A stretch of DNA of 64,000 nucleotides from a virus (Duplodnaviria; Caudoviricetes), in the IMG/VR virus record IMGVR_UViG_3300014204_013734, positions 288,001 through 352,000 of that record; one strand, 5' to 3'. Of the stretch, positions 19,257 through 29,052 are shown piece after piece (the first letter of the stretch is position 1; each line of letters opens with the position of its first letter). The position numbers and the translations under genes are program-made. Under the pieces are notes generated by a model. It ran no database searches, had not been told where the DNA came from, and saw only the letters and a program-made list of their open reading frames with translations.

Positions 19257-20503
19257 CACAGAAACTCGTCCTCAGACTCGGCAATTGTGTCGAAGTTATG
19301 CGGACTTTAGAGGAGGGAAGTGTAGGGGGGGTCGTAACTGACCCCCCCTACTAGTTGAATGGGATATCGTTCATGGGTAGAAAATGGGACACCGTGGATG
19401 AAAACAATACGCCAGTTCAGGAAGATTCGTCCAATGATGTTGAGCCAGAAGGGGTGTTCCTGGAACATGTCCATGCGCAGCAGGCATGGCACCTAGCCTG
19501 GCTCAAGGAAGCGTTCCGCGTCCTGAAGCCGGGCGGGGTCATTAAAGCATTCAGTGCGACCCGAACATTCCACAGGCTTGTTGCCGCCATGCAGGAAGCT
19601 GGTTTTGTTGATGTCAGGCTTCAAGCTTGGGTCTACGGATGTCTGTCGGAAGACACTGAAATTTTGGTCCGTCAGGGTAGTAGGGAAGAATGGATCCGGT
19701 ATCCGGGAGATGAAGCTATTCAGGGTTTGGAAACGCTTTGTTTTGATATGACAACAGGTCTGCGGTGGGAACGTATCCTTGAAGGGTTTTCCTATGACTA
19801 CGACGATATTGCTTTTCATCTAAAGGGTCCCCGTACTGACCAATTGGTATCAAAGAACCATAGGTGTTTGTTGATGGGGGCCGAAGGCAAGATGCAATTT
19901 GAATTGGCGGAAAATCTTCCTTCGTCCGTGATCATTCCTATCATTCCGGATTGGGTGCAACCGGTGCAGGAAGGGGATAACATCCTGTGGGGTGTAGCGG
20001 ACGTGAAACCCGTGTATTATACGGGTACCGTCTGGTGCGTGAAAGTTCCTACGGGGGCGTTCGTAGCCCGTAGGAATGGGAAAATCTTCATCACCGGGAA
20101 CAGTGGGTTTCCAAAATCATTAAGCATTTCTAAGGCTTTGGACAAGAAACAAGACAATGATCTTAAACGGGAAGTACGAAGAGCCGCAGTAGCAGCAGTT
20201 CAAGAAGCCGGGTTGTTTCTGCCGTCCAATTCTTTGTGGGATTGGACGGTTGGCGAACATGGTCCTGGGGATACATGGTGGAAAAAGTTTCAAGAAACAC
20301 TCCCAGGGCTTACGGACGAAAACAGAGAAAAGATTGAAGGTGCTATTGTGGCTACGGTTCAGAAAACAGCGGGTTGGTTTACTAGGAAGGATATTTACGA
20401 AGTACGGGCCCCTGCTTCTGCGAATTCTAAAAAGTGGTCCAAATACGGAACGGCCGTGAAACCGGCTTGGGAATCCATCGTCGTTGGGAGGAAACCGGAA
20501 TGA
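19253..20503 (+). CDS. Amino-MTase catalytic (N-terminal) module with in-frame TAG at 19352-19354 and a mini-intein
   Basis: ATG 19253 (ATGA overlap) reads GNCVEVM...VTDPPY*LNGISFMGRKWD; RVLKPGG; WVYG|SGFPKS; ends KPAWESIVVGRKPE with no FxGxG motif. Confidence 0.8.
19640..20101 (+). mobile_element. Mini-intein (154 aa, no endonuclease)
   Basis: CLSEDTEIL start, SKNHR block B, VWCVKVPTGAFVARRNG...TGN|S end. Confidence 0.88.
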
Positions 20504-20889
20504 GCAAGTCCATGACCGAAACTGAAATTTGCCGCAAGATTGCTCTTTATGACCCTGAAATCAATCTTCCAGTACGGTGTCTTGAGTTGAATCTCAGCGT
20601 CTTGGCAAATGCCTTTTGGCGGATAGAATGCTACAACAACGCTGTCGTGGCAATAAGTGCTTGCCATGATACAATGGTTTTGCTCCGTGAACTGCTTTCC
20701 GATGATTTCCTGGAAAGGTCTCCCGAAGGGGTTGATCTGCTTTGGGGGGCTTCTTTGGTGGAATGTACGACCATTCCCGAAGGCCAAATCTGGATGATCG
20801 GGGATCAGGAATCCCCTGCGGCTGTTACCTTCATCCAATTCAGTAATCCGAGGGAAGAAACTCTCGGGCTGTCGTATTCATTGAACTGA
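20500..20889 (+). CDS. Hypothetical protein
   Basis: ATGA-coupled ORF. Confidence 0.55.
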   Translation: MSKSMTETEICRKIALYDPEINLPVRCLELNLSVLANAFWRIECYNNAVVAISACHDTMVLLRELLSDDFLERSPEGVDLLWGASLVECTTIPEGQIWMIGDQESPAAVTFIQFSNPREETLGLSYSLN

Positions 20890-20911
20890 ACGGGGAAGAA
20901 ACCTTCTGACC

Positions 20912-21421
20912 ATGATCCTCGCCATCACAGGACACCGACCCCAAAAATTGGGCGGATACAAGGACAACCCAACCCGGAAAATCGTGCAGGCGGCGATGTC
21001 CCAGGCGTTCCTTGACCTGAAACCCGAAAAGATCATTACAGGCATGGCCCTTGGGGTTGACCAGTGGGCGGCGGCTTTGGCCGTCAGACACGGCATTCCG
21101 TTCATTGCGGCCATCCCCTGTCTTGAACAGGAAACGGTTTGGAATTCCGATGTCCAAGACCGTTATTGGCAAATCCTCAAGCTTGCTTCCGAAGTAGTAG
21201 TTGTGACCCAAACGCCATACAATCCGACTGTCATGGCTAAACGAAATCTTTGGATGCTTGATCGGGCTGATGCCGTATTGGCTATTTGGGACGGCAGCAG
21301 AGGCGGGACAGGTCATTGTGTTGCCGAAGCATTGAAGCGAAACATCCCTGTGCATCGTATTCTTCCCGAAACAGGGGAACGAATCATAATGCTTGTCGGA
21401 AAACCCGTTCCGAGGAATTAG
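20912..21421 (+). CDS. SLOG-superfamily (YspA/DUF1273-like) protein
   Basis: AITGHRP, GMALGVDQW, RNLWM and WDGSRGGT motifs. Confidence 0.88.
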   Translation: MILAITGHRPQKLGGYKDNPTRKIVQAAMSQAFLDLKPEKIITGMALGVDQWAAALAVRHGIPFIAAIPCLEQETVWNSDVQDRYWQILKLASEVVVVTQTPYNPTVMAKRNLWMLDRADAVLAIWDGSRGGTGHCVAEALKRNIPVHRILPETGERIIMLVGKPVPRN

Positions 21422-21424
21422 GTG

Positions 21425-22609
21425 ATGGGAAAATACACGGTCCGACGAAGATGTGGCCATGAAGAAGAATTGAACCTGTATGGGCATATAGAAGAACGGG
21501 ACCGTCGTCGTGACTACGAAACAGGGCTGTTGTGCGCCCAGTGTTACAAACTGAAACTGGAAGAAGACCGTCGTAAAGCCAGCGAAGCAGCGGCGTTGGA
21601 GGGCAAGGAAAAGGGTTTGCCGGACCTTGTCGGCACCGAAAAACAGATTGCCTGGGCATTACGTATCCGTCGTTCTGTTTGTGAAGACCTTGCTAGTGCG
21701 GAATCCTGGGTTTTGGGTGAACGTGAAAAAAGGAGTCTGTCGGAAGAAGATACCTGCCTTCGGTTAAAGGAACTGTCCAACATTCGCGAACAGAATTCCG
21801 CTTCCTGGTGGATAAATGAATTCAAGGAACTTGATCTATTGTCCTGGCACGCAATGCGAAATTATCTGAAAGACCGATTTGAAAAGACACAACATGACCA
21901 AGAACTGAAAATGCTTCATGAATCTGAAGAGTCTATTCGTGAAGATCAGGATTTGCTTCGGCCTTCCAGCCCAGTCACCAACGCGGTAGTGGAAATCACG
22001 TCTTCAAATGACACTATTTGCCTACGACTGCCCGAATTCAACGATACGTTCATAACCGTAACTAAGAAGCTTCATTTCGGATGGGATAAAATGAAGTTTT
22101 TTTGGAAACGAACGCTTGATGAACGTTCCCTTCCTATGCAAGACCGCGTAGCTGAAACGGGGGCCGTTTTGTTGGCTTCTGGTTTCATGATCCGTGTTGA
22201 CCGCAGTGTGGTTCCTTTGATTGTTTCCGGAAATTATGAACGTGAAACGACGAAATGGGTGACGAAAGGAGGTCGGAATTTCCGTATTACTTGGAGGGAA
22301 GACGACGGAAATTTCAACACCTTATTGAATCAAATCAGGGGCTACAAACAAAACCGTAAGTTTGCGTGTTGCGTTCACATTCCGTCAAATCAGTGGGAAC
22401 TTGTGCTGGATTTTGCCGAACAACACGGATTCAAAATTGGGGAGGAAGCAAAGAAATTTGCCGAAAGAATTGCGCATGATTTCAAATCTTCCCTGGTTGT
22501 GGACATCAAATTGAATGAAAAAATTGTTGTCGGTCCGGTCGGGGGCCCGCCTAAAGCGTTGATCGTTCCAGAAACGGTAGACGTGGACGATGAATTTAAG
22601 GACAACTAG
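21425..22609 (+). CDS. Hypothetical phage protein (CGH...CAQC; GTEKQIAWA motif)
   Basis: 394-aa ORF directly upstream of the second SNF2 helicase. Confidence 0.7.
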   Translation: MGKYTVRRRCGHEEELNLYGHIEERDRRRDYETGLLCAQCYKLKLEEDRRKASEAAALEGKEKGLPDLVGTEKQIAWALRIRRSVCEDLASAESWVLGEREKRSLSEEDTCLRLKELSNIREQNSASWWINEFKELDLLSWHAMRNYLKDRFEKTQHDQELKMLHESEESIREDQDLLRPSSPVTNAVVEITSSNDTICLRLPEFNDTFITVTKKLHFGWDKMKFFWKRTLDERSLPMQDRVAETGAVLLASGFMIRVDRSVVPLIVSGNYERETTKWVTKGGRNFRITWREDDGNFNTLLNQIRGYKQNRKFACCVHIPSNQWELVLDFAEQHGFKIGEEAKKFAERIAHDFKSSLVVDIKLNEKIVVGPVGGPPKALIVPETVDVDDEFKDN

Positions 22610-24005
22610 TCAACTTCTTCCCCACCAAAAGGAAGCAGTAGCGAAGCTTTCCGGGACACGCATCGGTGCCCTTTTCATGGAAATGGGCACTGGGAAAACA
22701 AGGACCACCATAGAACTGGTTTCCTTGCGGCAAGAACGGATTGATCGTTGCGTTTGGTTCTGCCCTGTTTCCTTGAAAACCACAATTGCCGCTGAAATAC
22801 GGAAACACACCAACGCGGTAGATTCCGACATTCACGTTTTTGACCATCGAACATCTAAGCGGGATATGCCCGATGCGCAATGGTACGTGATCGGCATTGA
22901 AAGCATGAGCAAGTCGATGCGTATTATTTTCGCCGCAAGTGCCCTCATCACTGAAAAAACTTTTGTTGTGGTTGATGAATCCAGTTACATCAAAGGATAC
23001 AGTTCTTTGAGAACGCGGAGGTTAACTGCTCTTGCTGAACAAGCTCAGTACAGATTGATTCTTACGGGAACTCCAATCAGCCAGGGTGTCGTCGACCTAT
23101 TTGCACAGATGCGGTTTCTTTCACCTAAAATCCTTGGCTATCGCAGTTTCTTTAGTTTCGCTGCCAACCATCTTGAATATTCAAAAAAGTATCCAGGCAT
23201 GATCGTGCGCAGCCACAACCTTGACTACCTTGCTGCCAAGATCAAACCGTACGTTTATCAGGTGACGAAGAAGGAATGCCTCACGTTGCCGCCGAAATTG
23301 CACGAATCCTATTACTTCGATATGACCGGGCGGCAAACGGAAGCCTATGACCGAGCCAAATGTGAATTACTGATGGATATCCCTGATGAAGAAGTTACGT
23401 CATGGGTGATTTTCAAGTTGTTTTCGGCTTTGCAGTCCATCACATGTGGGTTTTGGAATCGTCGTACCCCTGAGGGCATTGTTGAAGAACGTTATCCCCA
23501 TGGAAGAATCAAACTTCTTATGGACGTAGTCAATAGGATTCCGAAAGACGAAAAGGTCATCGTTTGGGCCAAGTATCATTATGATATTGAAGGGATTGTT
23601 TTGGATTTGGAAAACCGATGGGGACCGGGATCTTGTGCGGTTTACACGGGCAAGAAGTCCGAACGGGAACGGGTAGAGGAAATTTCTAAATTCAGGAATG
23701 ATGCCCGCTTTTTCGTTGCTACGCCATCGGCCGGAGGGCATGGGTTGACCTTGAACGAAGCTCACCATGTCGTCTTTTACAACAATGGATTCAAGTTTTC
23801 GGAACGTCTCCAGGCCGAAGACCGCTGTCATCGTATCGGGCAGGGATGTCCGGTTACGTATGTGGATATTCTGTGTTCAGGATCAATAGACGAACGCATC
23901 AAAGAAGCCTTGGACGCAAAAGAAAACGTGGTTGACAGATTCAAAAGGGAATTGGATATGGTCAAGCGTTCGGGTATACGTAAAAGGTTGCTGGAAATTC
24001 TCTGA
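22590..24005 (+). CDS. SNF2-family helicase (second copy)
   Basis: MEMGTGKT, DESS, LTGTP, GLTL and QAEDRCHRIGQ motifs. Confidence 0.92.
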   Translation: MNLRTTSQLLPHQKEAVAKLSGTRIGALFMEMGTGKTRTTIELVSLRQERIDRCVWFCPVSLKTTIAAEIRKHTNAVDSDIHVFDHRTSKRDMPDAQWYVIGIESMSKSMRIIFAASALITEKTFVVVDESSYIKGYSSLRTRRLTALAEQAQYRLILTGTPISQGVVDLFAQMRFLSPKILGYRSFFSFAANHLEYSKKYPGMIVRSHNLDYLAAKIKPYVYQVTKKECLTLPPKLHESYYFDMTGRQTEAYDRAKCELLMDIPDEEVTSWVIFKLFSALQSITCGFWNRRTPEGIVEERYPHGRIKLLMDVVNRIPKDEKVIVWAKYHYDIEGIVLDLENRWGPGSCAVYTGKKSERERVEEISKFRNDARFFVATPSAGGHGLTLNEAHHVVFYNNGFKFSERLQAEDRCHRIGQGCPVTYVDILCSGSIDERIKEALDAKENVVDRFKRELDMVKRSGIRKRLLEIL

Positions 24006-24018
24006 ATCGGAAAAGGAT

Positions 24019-24681
24019 GTGGCATTGGGCAAAATTTTCCTTTACGGGGACAGTTGGGAACGGTATCCGATTACGGAAGGGGCAGAATGGACGGACCCCG
24101 GCACCGGATCCGTGGTTGCCGTGTCTGACATCCGCAATCCCCTGCCGAAGTTTATGGTTGGGGCGGAAATGGTCTATTCCGACCCTCCCTGGGACCTGAA
24201 CAACATCAATGCCTTCCTTACGAAAGCGGGAAGGGCTGATTACGTTGACAGATTTCCTTCCTTCTTGGACGTTTTCTTCAACCGACTCAGGGAAATTCAC
24301 CCGAAGGTGTGTTACCTTGAAATGGGGGTAAAAAACGCAGCTTTGGTCAGGGAACATTTGAAACAGGATTTTGCTTCCGTTCAGGAATGGCCCATTCTGT
24401 ATTACCGCAAGCATCCGTGCTTCCTGTTCAGGGGAGGACCGACACCGGTAGAAATGGACTTTTCCGGCCTGGACGACTCGGAAACCCCGTTCACGGCGAT
24501 CATTTCCGAATGTCCGGTATCGGTAGCCGACTTGTGCACCGGAAGGGGTCTGACAGCCGTAGCAGCATTCAAGGCGAACGTTAGGTTCTTCGGCACTGAA
24601 ATCAACCGGCGCCGTTTGGCCGTGGCCTTGGACAGGGTGAATAGGATAGGGGGGGCCTATGCGCCGCGTCCAATTCCTTAA
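24019..24681 (+). CDS. Small amino-methyltransferase-like protein
   Basis: YSDPPW catalytic-like motif and DLCTGRG SAM-binding motif; start is GTG 24019 or TTG 24025. Confidence 0.7.
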   Translation: MALGKIFLYGDSWERYPITEGAEWTDPGTGSVVAVSDIRNPLPKFMVGAEMVYSDPPWDLNNINAFLTKAGRADYVDRFPSFLDVFFNRLREIHPKVCYLEMGVKNAALVREHLKQDFASVQEWPILYYRKHPCFLFRGGPTPVEMDFSGLDDSETPFTAIISECPVSVADLCTGRGLTAVAAFKANVRFFGTEINRRRLAVALDRVNRIGGAYAPRPIP

Positions 24682-25435
24682 AGACACCGCAAAAGCCATT
24701 CTTCCCGAACTCCCTTCTGGAACCTTGGTCCTGCACAGAAAGGGGTTTGATTACGGGATTCCTGAAATCCCTGGTGCGGAATACATGGATTTCCTTGAAT
24801 ACAAAACCAAATATCCGGCTCTGAATCCCCCGGCTATCGTCATGGTCGGACTCAACCGCATTATTACACCCGGCAACCGCTGCGATATGGTCAACGAATA
24901 CCTACAGACCATGACGCCGAACCTGCCTAAGATATGCCTTGACACAGCCCCGTTCCTTGGGGAACCTTGGCGTCTGTGGTTCCATTATTCCGTTGCCGGA
25001 TCCGGGCGTTTCGGTATCTCTTACAGCTATGCTTTAGAAACGGAATGGGAACATTGGTTCCATAGGGACGTGCCGGACTGCCGGTTGTCGGCTTCCAACA
25101 TCAGGATGCTTCTGACCGATACGGTTTCGGATTTGGATCTTCTGAAAACGACGTTCCACTTCATAGAACCATCTCCCGACGAAGAGGATTGGTACAATGA
25201 AGTGAAGAAGCAGGCGTTTGAACGGCACAGCACTCCGAAGATGCTGGTCAACACGCTCCTGGCGGCCGTTAACCGTCGCTTCGGACTGAAAGTGTCATAC
25301 GACAGCTACCTGGAAAACAAGGAAGTCGAGCTCCTGGATTTGGGTGTGTATCGTTTTGTGGCGGAAGAGGCTGTCCGGAGGATGGACATATACAACGAGG
25401 TCGTCCGTCATGGGCACGAAAACCTACCTGGATAA
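24659..25435 (+). CDS. Hypothetical protein in the IbrAB-like cassette
   Basis: 258-aa ORF overlapping both neighbours. Confidence 0.65.
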   Translation: MRRVQFLKDTAKAILPELPSGTLVLHRKGFDYGIPEIPGAEYMDFLEYKTKYPALNPPAIVMVGLNRIITPGNRCDMVNEYLQTMTPNLPKICLDTAPFLGEPWRLWFHYSVAGSGRFGISYSYALETEWEHWFHRDVPDCRLSASNIRMLLTDTVSDLDLLKTTFHFIEPSPDEEDWYNEVKKQAFERHSTPKMLVNTLLAAVNRRFGLKVSYDSYLENKEVELLDLGVYRFVAEEAVRRMDIYNEVVRHGHENLPG

Positions 25436-26489
25436 AAATGTGCTTGATGCTGCTCGCGAACGAATCGCGATGCTGTTTGATAACTTTGAAGCAATCAATG
25501 TTTCAATTTCCAGCGGTAAGGATTCCTGTGTCCTTTACACGTTGTGCGTGCAGGAAGCCGTTCGCCGGGGGCGTAAGATCACGGCGTTTTTCCTGGATCA
25601 GGAAGCGGAATATGAAGCCACTGTAGACGTGATGCAACGCATGATGCAGCATCCGAATATCATTCCCCAGTGGTATCAAGTTCCCATCTACATGACCAAT
25701 GCTACCAGCTACAGCGATTATTTCCTTTACGCTTGGGGGCCCGGTGAGAAATGGATGCGCGAAAAGGATCCGATGGCCATCCATTCCATTGACGAGGAAT
25801 ACGAAAAACGGTTCTACGGATTCCTTGACTGGTACGAAAAAAGAAATACTAATGCCGCCTATCTGGTTGGGTTGCGTGCCGATGAATCCGTCACGCGTTA
25901 CCGGGCGGTGACCAAATATCCCGGCTGGAACGGGATACGTTGGGGCACGATGAACGGGGAAGTCAAACGCTTTTATCCGATCTATGATTGGACGGTTTAC
26001 GATGTCTGGCATTTCATCTACGAATTTGATGTCCCTTACAACAAGATTTACGATTTGATGTTCATGGATGGCCAAAGCATTTACAAAGGCATGCGGGTGT
26101 CAAACCTCGTGCATGAAAAAAGCTTTCACTGTTTGGTGGATCTTCCTCGGTACGAACCGGAAACTTACGATAAGCTCTGCCGCCGTATCGGGGGGATAGC
26201 TACCGCAGCCCGTTATGCGGCTGAAAAAACCGTGTTCAACAACGGCACCTTGCCTAGCCATTACAAGTCGTGGTTGGAGTTTCGGGATTTCCTGTTGGCA
26301 AACATCCCTGAAGAAGAACACAGGGAACGGTTCGCTGCCCGTTTTGCAAAGCAGGATGCGAACGAAAAGATGTATCAGGGCCAAGTCGGTCAACTGCTCA
26401 TCAATGATTACGAAAACAGCCGTCCGTTTGACACCAAAGTTGCCGAGCGAGTTCGGAGATTGAAGGAAAAATGGAATCAACTCTTGTGA
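25410..26489 (+). CDS. PAPS-reductase-like PP-loop protein (IbrA/YbdN type)
   Basis: NVLDAARERI, SSGKDS, FLDQEA, GLRADES and YPIYDW motifs. Confidence 0.85.
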   Translation: MGTKTYLDKNVLDAARERIAMLFDNFEAINVSISSGKDSCVLYTLCVQEAVRRGRKITAFFLDQEAEYEATVDVMQRMMQHPNIIPQWYQVPIYMTNATSYSDYFLYAWGPGEKWMREKDPMAIHSIDEEYEKRFYGFLDWYEKRNTNAAYLVGLRADESVTRYRAVTKYPGWNGIRWGTMNGEVKRFYPIYDWTVYDVWHFIYEFDVPYNKIYDLMFMDGQSIYKGMRVSNLVHEKSFHCLVDLPRYEPETYDKLCRRIGGIATAARYAAEKTVFNNGTLPSHYKSWLEFRDFLLANIPEEEHRERFAARFAKQDANEKMYQGQVGQLLINDYENSRPFDTKVAERVRRLKEKWNQLL

Positions 26490-26986
26490 GCGAAAAGTTC
26501 GCGGACACGGATTCAATCGTCATTTGGCAGACAAGACTTGTGAAGATGGAAGACCTTGTCGCCAACGACTACAATCCGAACCGGATGCCAACCACAGAGA
26601 TGAAACTCCTGGAAATGTGCATCCGTAAGTTTGGGTTTCTCTTTCCGTTGATTGTATGCCCGGATCAGGGGAAGTACAGAATTGTGGACGGCTATCACAG
26701 GTACGAAGTGCTGAAACGCATGGCCGTCAAAGTGGTGTCCGCAGTGGTGTTGGACATCCCCTACCACGAAGCAGTGCAGCTTACCGTGCTGATGAACCGC
26801 ATCAAGGGCATGCACCAGGTGGAAGGCATGGCGGATTTGATCGTCAAGCTTGAAGATTTGGGCGTTGCCGATCAGGAAATCTGTGTGAATCTCGGCATGG
26901 AGGTTGAAGAATACCTCCGATTGAAGCAGCAACTTGGTATCGCCCATGCCTTTAGGGATCACCAGTATTCAAAATCGTGGGAATGA
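26471..26986 (+). CDS. ParB/sulfiredoxin-like protein (IbrB/YbdM type)
   Basis: ANDYNPN, IVDGYHR and NRIKGMH motifs. Confidence 0.85.
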   Translation: MESTLVSEKFADTDSIVIWQTRLVKMEDLVANDYNPNRMPTTEMKLLEMCIRKFGFLFPLIVCPDQGKYRIVDGYHRYEVLKRMAVKVVSAVVLDIPYHEAVQLTVLMNRIKGMHQVEGMADLIVKLEDLGVADQEICVNLGMEVEEYLRLKQQLGIAHAFRDHQYSKSWE

Positions 26987-27504
26987 ATATGCTTGTTGCT
27001 ACCATTGCCAGGAAACCGATTAGTATGACCGTCGTCGACAACGTGTTGGTACACGGGGTCGGTGGGTTCAACATAGACGATTGCCGGATAACCCCGACCG
27101 GGGAACGTCTAGGCGGCGGGGATGAATCGGCAGAATCCATTGACGGAAAGTGGTCTGGTTGGAGCCGTCCTTGGATGCACGATCCTGCCAAGGTGTTCAA
27201 GGTAGCATCGGAAGTACGAGACAAGGTTGAAAAAGCCACGACCTTGGGACGTTGGCCCGCTAATGTCATCTTGATTCATTTACCAGAGTGCCGTGAACAG
27301 GGAAATGGGACCGTGTGGGAATGTGCTGAAGGGTGTCCGGTCGCCTACTTGAATCAGACTGTCGGGATCACCAAAAGTGGGAGCATTGATTCATGGAGGG
27401 AAGGGGTGCCTGGTCCTGTGTATGGCCATCCTTCGGCCCGTCAAGTCACATTCCAAGGAGATGCCGGGTTTGTGTCCCGGTTTTTCAAGCAGGTCAAACG
27501 ATGA
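26983..27504 (+). CDS. Stand-alone middle module 1 of an amino-MTase
   Basis: ARKP...NVLVHGVGGFNIDDCRI...GRWPANV...SRFFKQV. Confidence 0.75.
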   Translation: MNMLVATIARKPISMTVVDNVLVHGVGGFNIDDCRITPTGERLGGGDESAESIDGKWSGWSRPWMHDPAKVFKVASEVRDKVEKATTLGRWPANVILIHLPECREQGNGTVWECAEGCPVAYLNQTVGITKSGSIDSWREGVPGPVYGHPSARQVTFQGDAGFVSRFFKQVKR

Positions 27505-27989
27505 TCGTCGCTACGCTGGCCAGAAAGCCTTTGCGGGGAACCATCCTTGACAACATTATGTTATATGGGGTCGGGGCTTTGAACATCAACGATTGCAGGA
27601 TAGGTACAGACCCGATTGTCGTCCAGGGGGGCGGTGGCGCCGCTTGGGATACTGATGGGAACAAAGTCGGACGCCCGATGGGGGAGATCAATGAAGCACG
27701 TATCGGAAGGTTTCCCGCCAATCTTGTCCTTGTTCACCAAGAAGGGTGCACACGTGCCGGAATTGCGAAGGTGAAAGGAAGTGGCCATTGGATTTCAGCC
27801 GGAGATTCAAAGGGTGTAGTGTGGGGGAAAGGGTTCCATCAGGAACAATCCGATTTCGGGAATGTTCTTGCTGATTCCGAAGGGTTGGAAACTGTTGATG
27901 TATGGGTTTGCACCGTTGGATGTCCCGTTCCTGAAATGGATCAACAAAGTGGGGTTTCTCGTTTTTTCAAGCAGGTGAAGGGGGATTGA
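27501..27989 (+). CDS. Stand-alone middle module 2 of an amino-MTase (paralogue)
   Basis: ARKPLRGT...GVGALNINDCRI...GRFPANL...SRFFKQV. Confidence 0.75.
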   Translation: MIVATLARKPLRGTILDNIMLYGVGALNINDCRIGTDPIVVQGGGGAAWDTDGNKVGRPMGEINEARIGRFPANLVLVHQEGCTRAGIAKVKGSGHWISAGDSKGVVWGKGFHQEQSDFGNVLADSEGLETVDVWVCTVGCPVPEMDQQSGVSRFFKQVKGD

Positions 27990-28780
27990 TGATGGAACGG
28001 AAACTTGGCGGATTCAGACCGGAACCTTTAGACCCGAAACATTGGACGTTTTCCGACAAGTTGAAGCCCCGCTTGTGCGCATTGAGGGAAGATGACGTGG
28101 ACCTTCGTCCCTTCTCTTCCCCCCGACACGACCAACAATGGACGAATTCCTGTGTAGCCAATGCAGTCATTAAAGCATTGGAAATCAAACGGATCATGAA
28201 GTTCGGGCATGCAGCGCATGTCGACCTGTCCCGCCTCGCTGTTTACTTCCTTGCTCGGGAACTGATGTTCCCCCAGGAAACGTCACAGGATGCTGGAACT
28301 TACGTATCCCTTGCGTGTGATGTCCTGCGGCGGTGGGGCGTTTGCACCGAAGAAGCTTGGCCATTTGACCTTAATAAGGTGTTCTCACCTCCCCCTTGGG
28401 GAGCCATGCGACAGGCACATGTCAACCGGATTGCAGCGTTCTACAGGCTTGATTCAGGTGTTTCCAGGGCTCGTCTGGTGGAAGATGTCATCCGTTGCCT
28501 TCGGGCGGGTAACCCCGTCGTTTACGGGACTGCAATTGGCCAGAACTGGTTTGATTACAAACCGGACCAAGTGTTGACGACCCCCAAGGACATGAAAGAT
28601 ATGGTAGGTCGGCATGCTACTGTTCTGGTCGGGTTTGCAAATGGCAGGTTCATCGGAGAAAACAGTTGGGGACCGAATTGGGGTTCCAATGGGTTCTACT
28701 GGATGGATCCTGGGTATATAACCTGGAAGGAATCCTGCGATTTTTGGACAATCACGGCCCCTTGGCAGGAGGTCAAATGA
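27989..28780 (+). CDS. Papain-like C1 cysteine peptidase
   Basis: DQxxTNSCVANA, GRHATVLVG and ENSWG motifs. Confidence 0.88.
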   Translation: MMERKLGGFRPEPLDPKHWTFSDKLKPRLCALREDDVDLRPFSSPRHDQQWTNSCVANAVIKALEIKRIMKFGHAAHVDLSRLAVYFLARELMFPQETSQDAGTYVSLACDVLRRWGVCTEEAWPFDLNKVFSPPPWGAMRQAHVNRIAAFYRLDSGVSRARLVEDVIRCLRAGNPVVYGTAIGQNWFDYKPDQVLTTPKDMKDMVGRHATVLVGFANGRFIGENSWGPNWGSNGFYWMDPGYITWKESCDFWTITAPWQEVK

Positions 28781-29052
28781 CGAAATTTCTTTTCCTGGCC
28801 AGTGTTTTCATGATCCTTGCGGCCTGCAAGACGTTGCTACCTATCCCCATTGAACCAGAGGACACGAACATGTGCCCGGCCGCCTGCCAGCGGCTTCAAC
28901 AATTGGGGTGCCCTGAAGGGGAACCCCTTCCTGACGGGTCCTCTTGTGAATCGTTCTGCGTTGAAACACAGAAGTCAGGGCACGCCTTGGACCCTTCCTG
29001 CATCAGGGGCATTGAAACTTGTGCCGAACTGGCGACGAAGTGCGGACAATGA
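28777..29052 (+). CDS. Small Cys-rich lipoprotein
   Basis: Signal peptide with lipobox LAAC; eight further Cys. Confidence 0.75.
   Translation: MTKFLFLASVFMILAACKTLLPIPIEPEDTNMCPAACQRLQQLGCPEGEPLPDGSSCESFCVETQKSGHALDPSCIRGIETCAELATKCGQ

Noticed and set aside
20463-20490. Seventh copy of the bipartite motif
   Set aside because: CGGCTTGGGA lies inside coding sequence and has no GGTAG at the 12-nt spacing.
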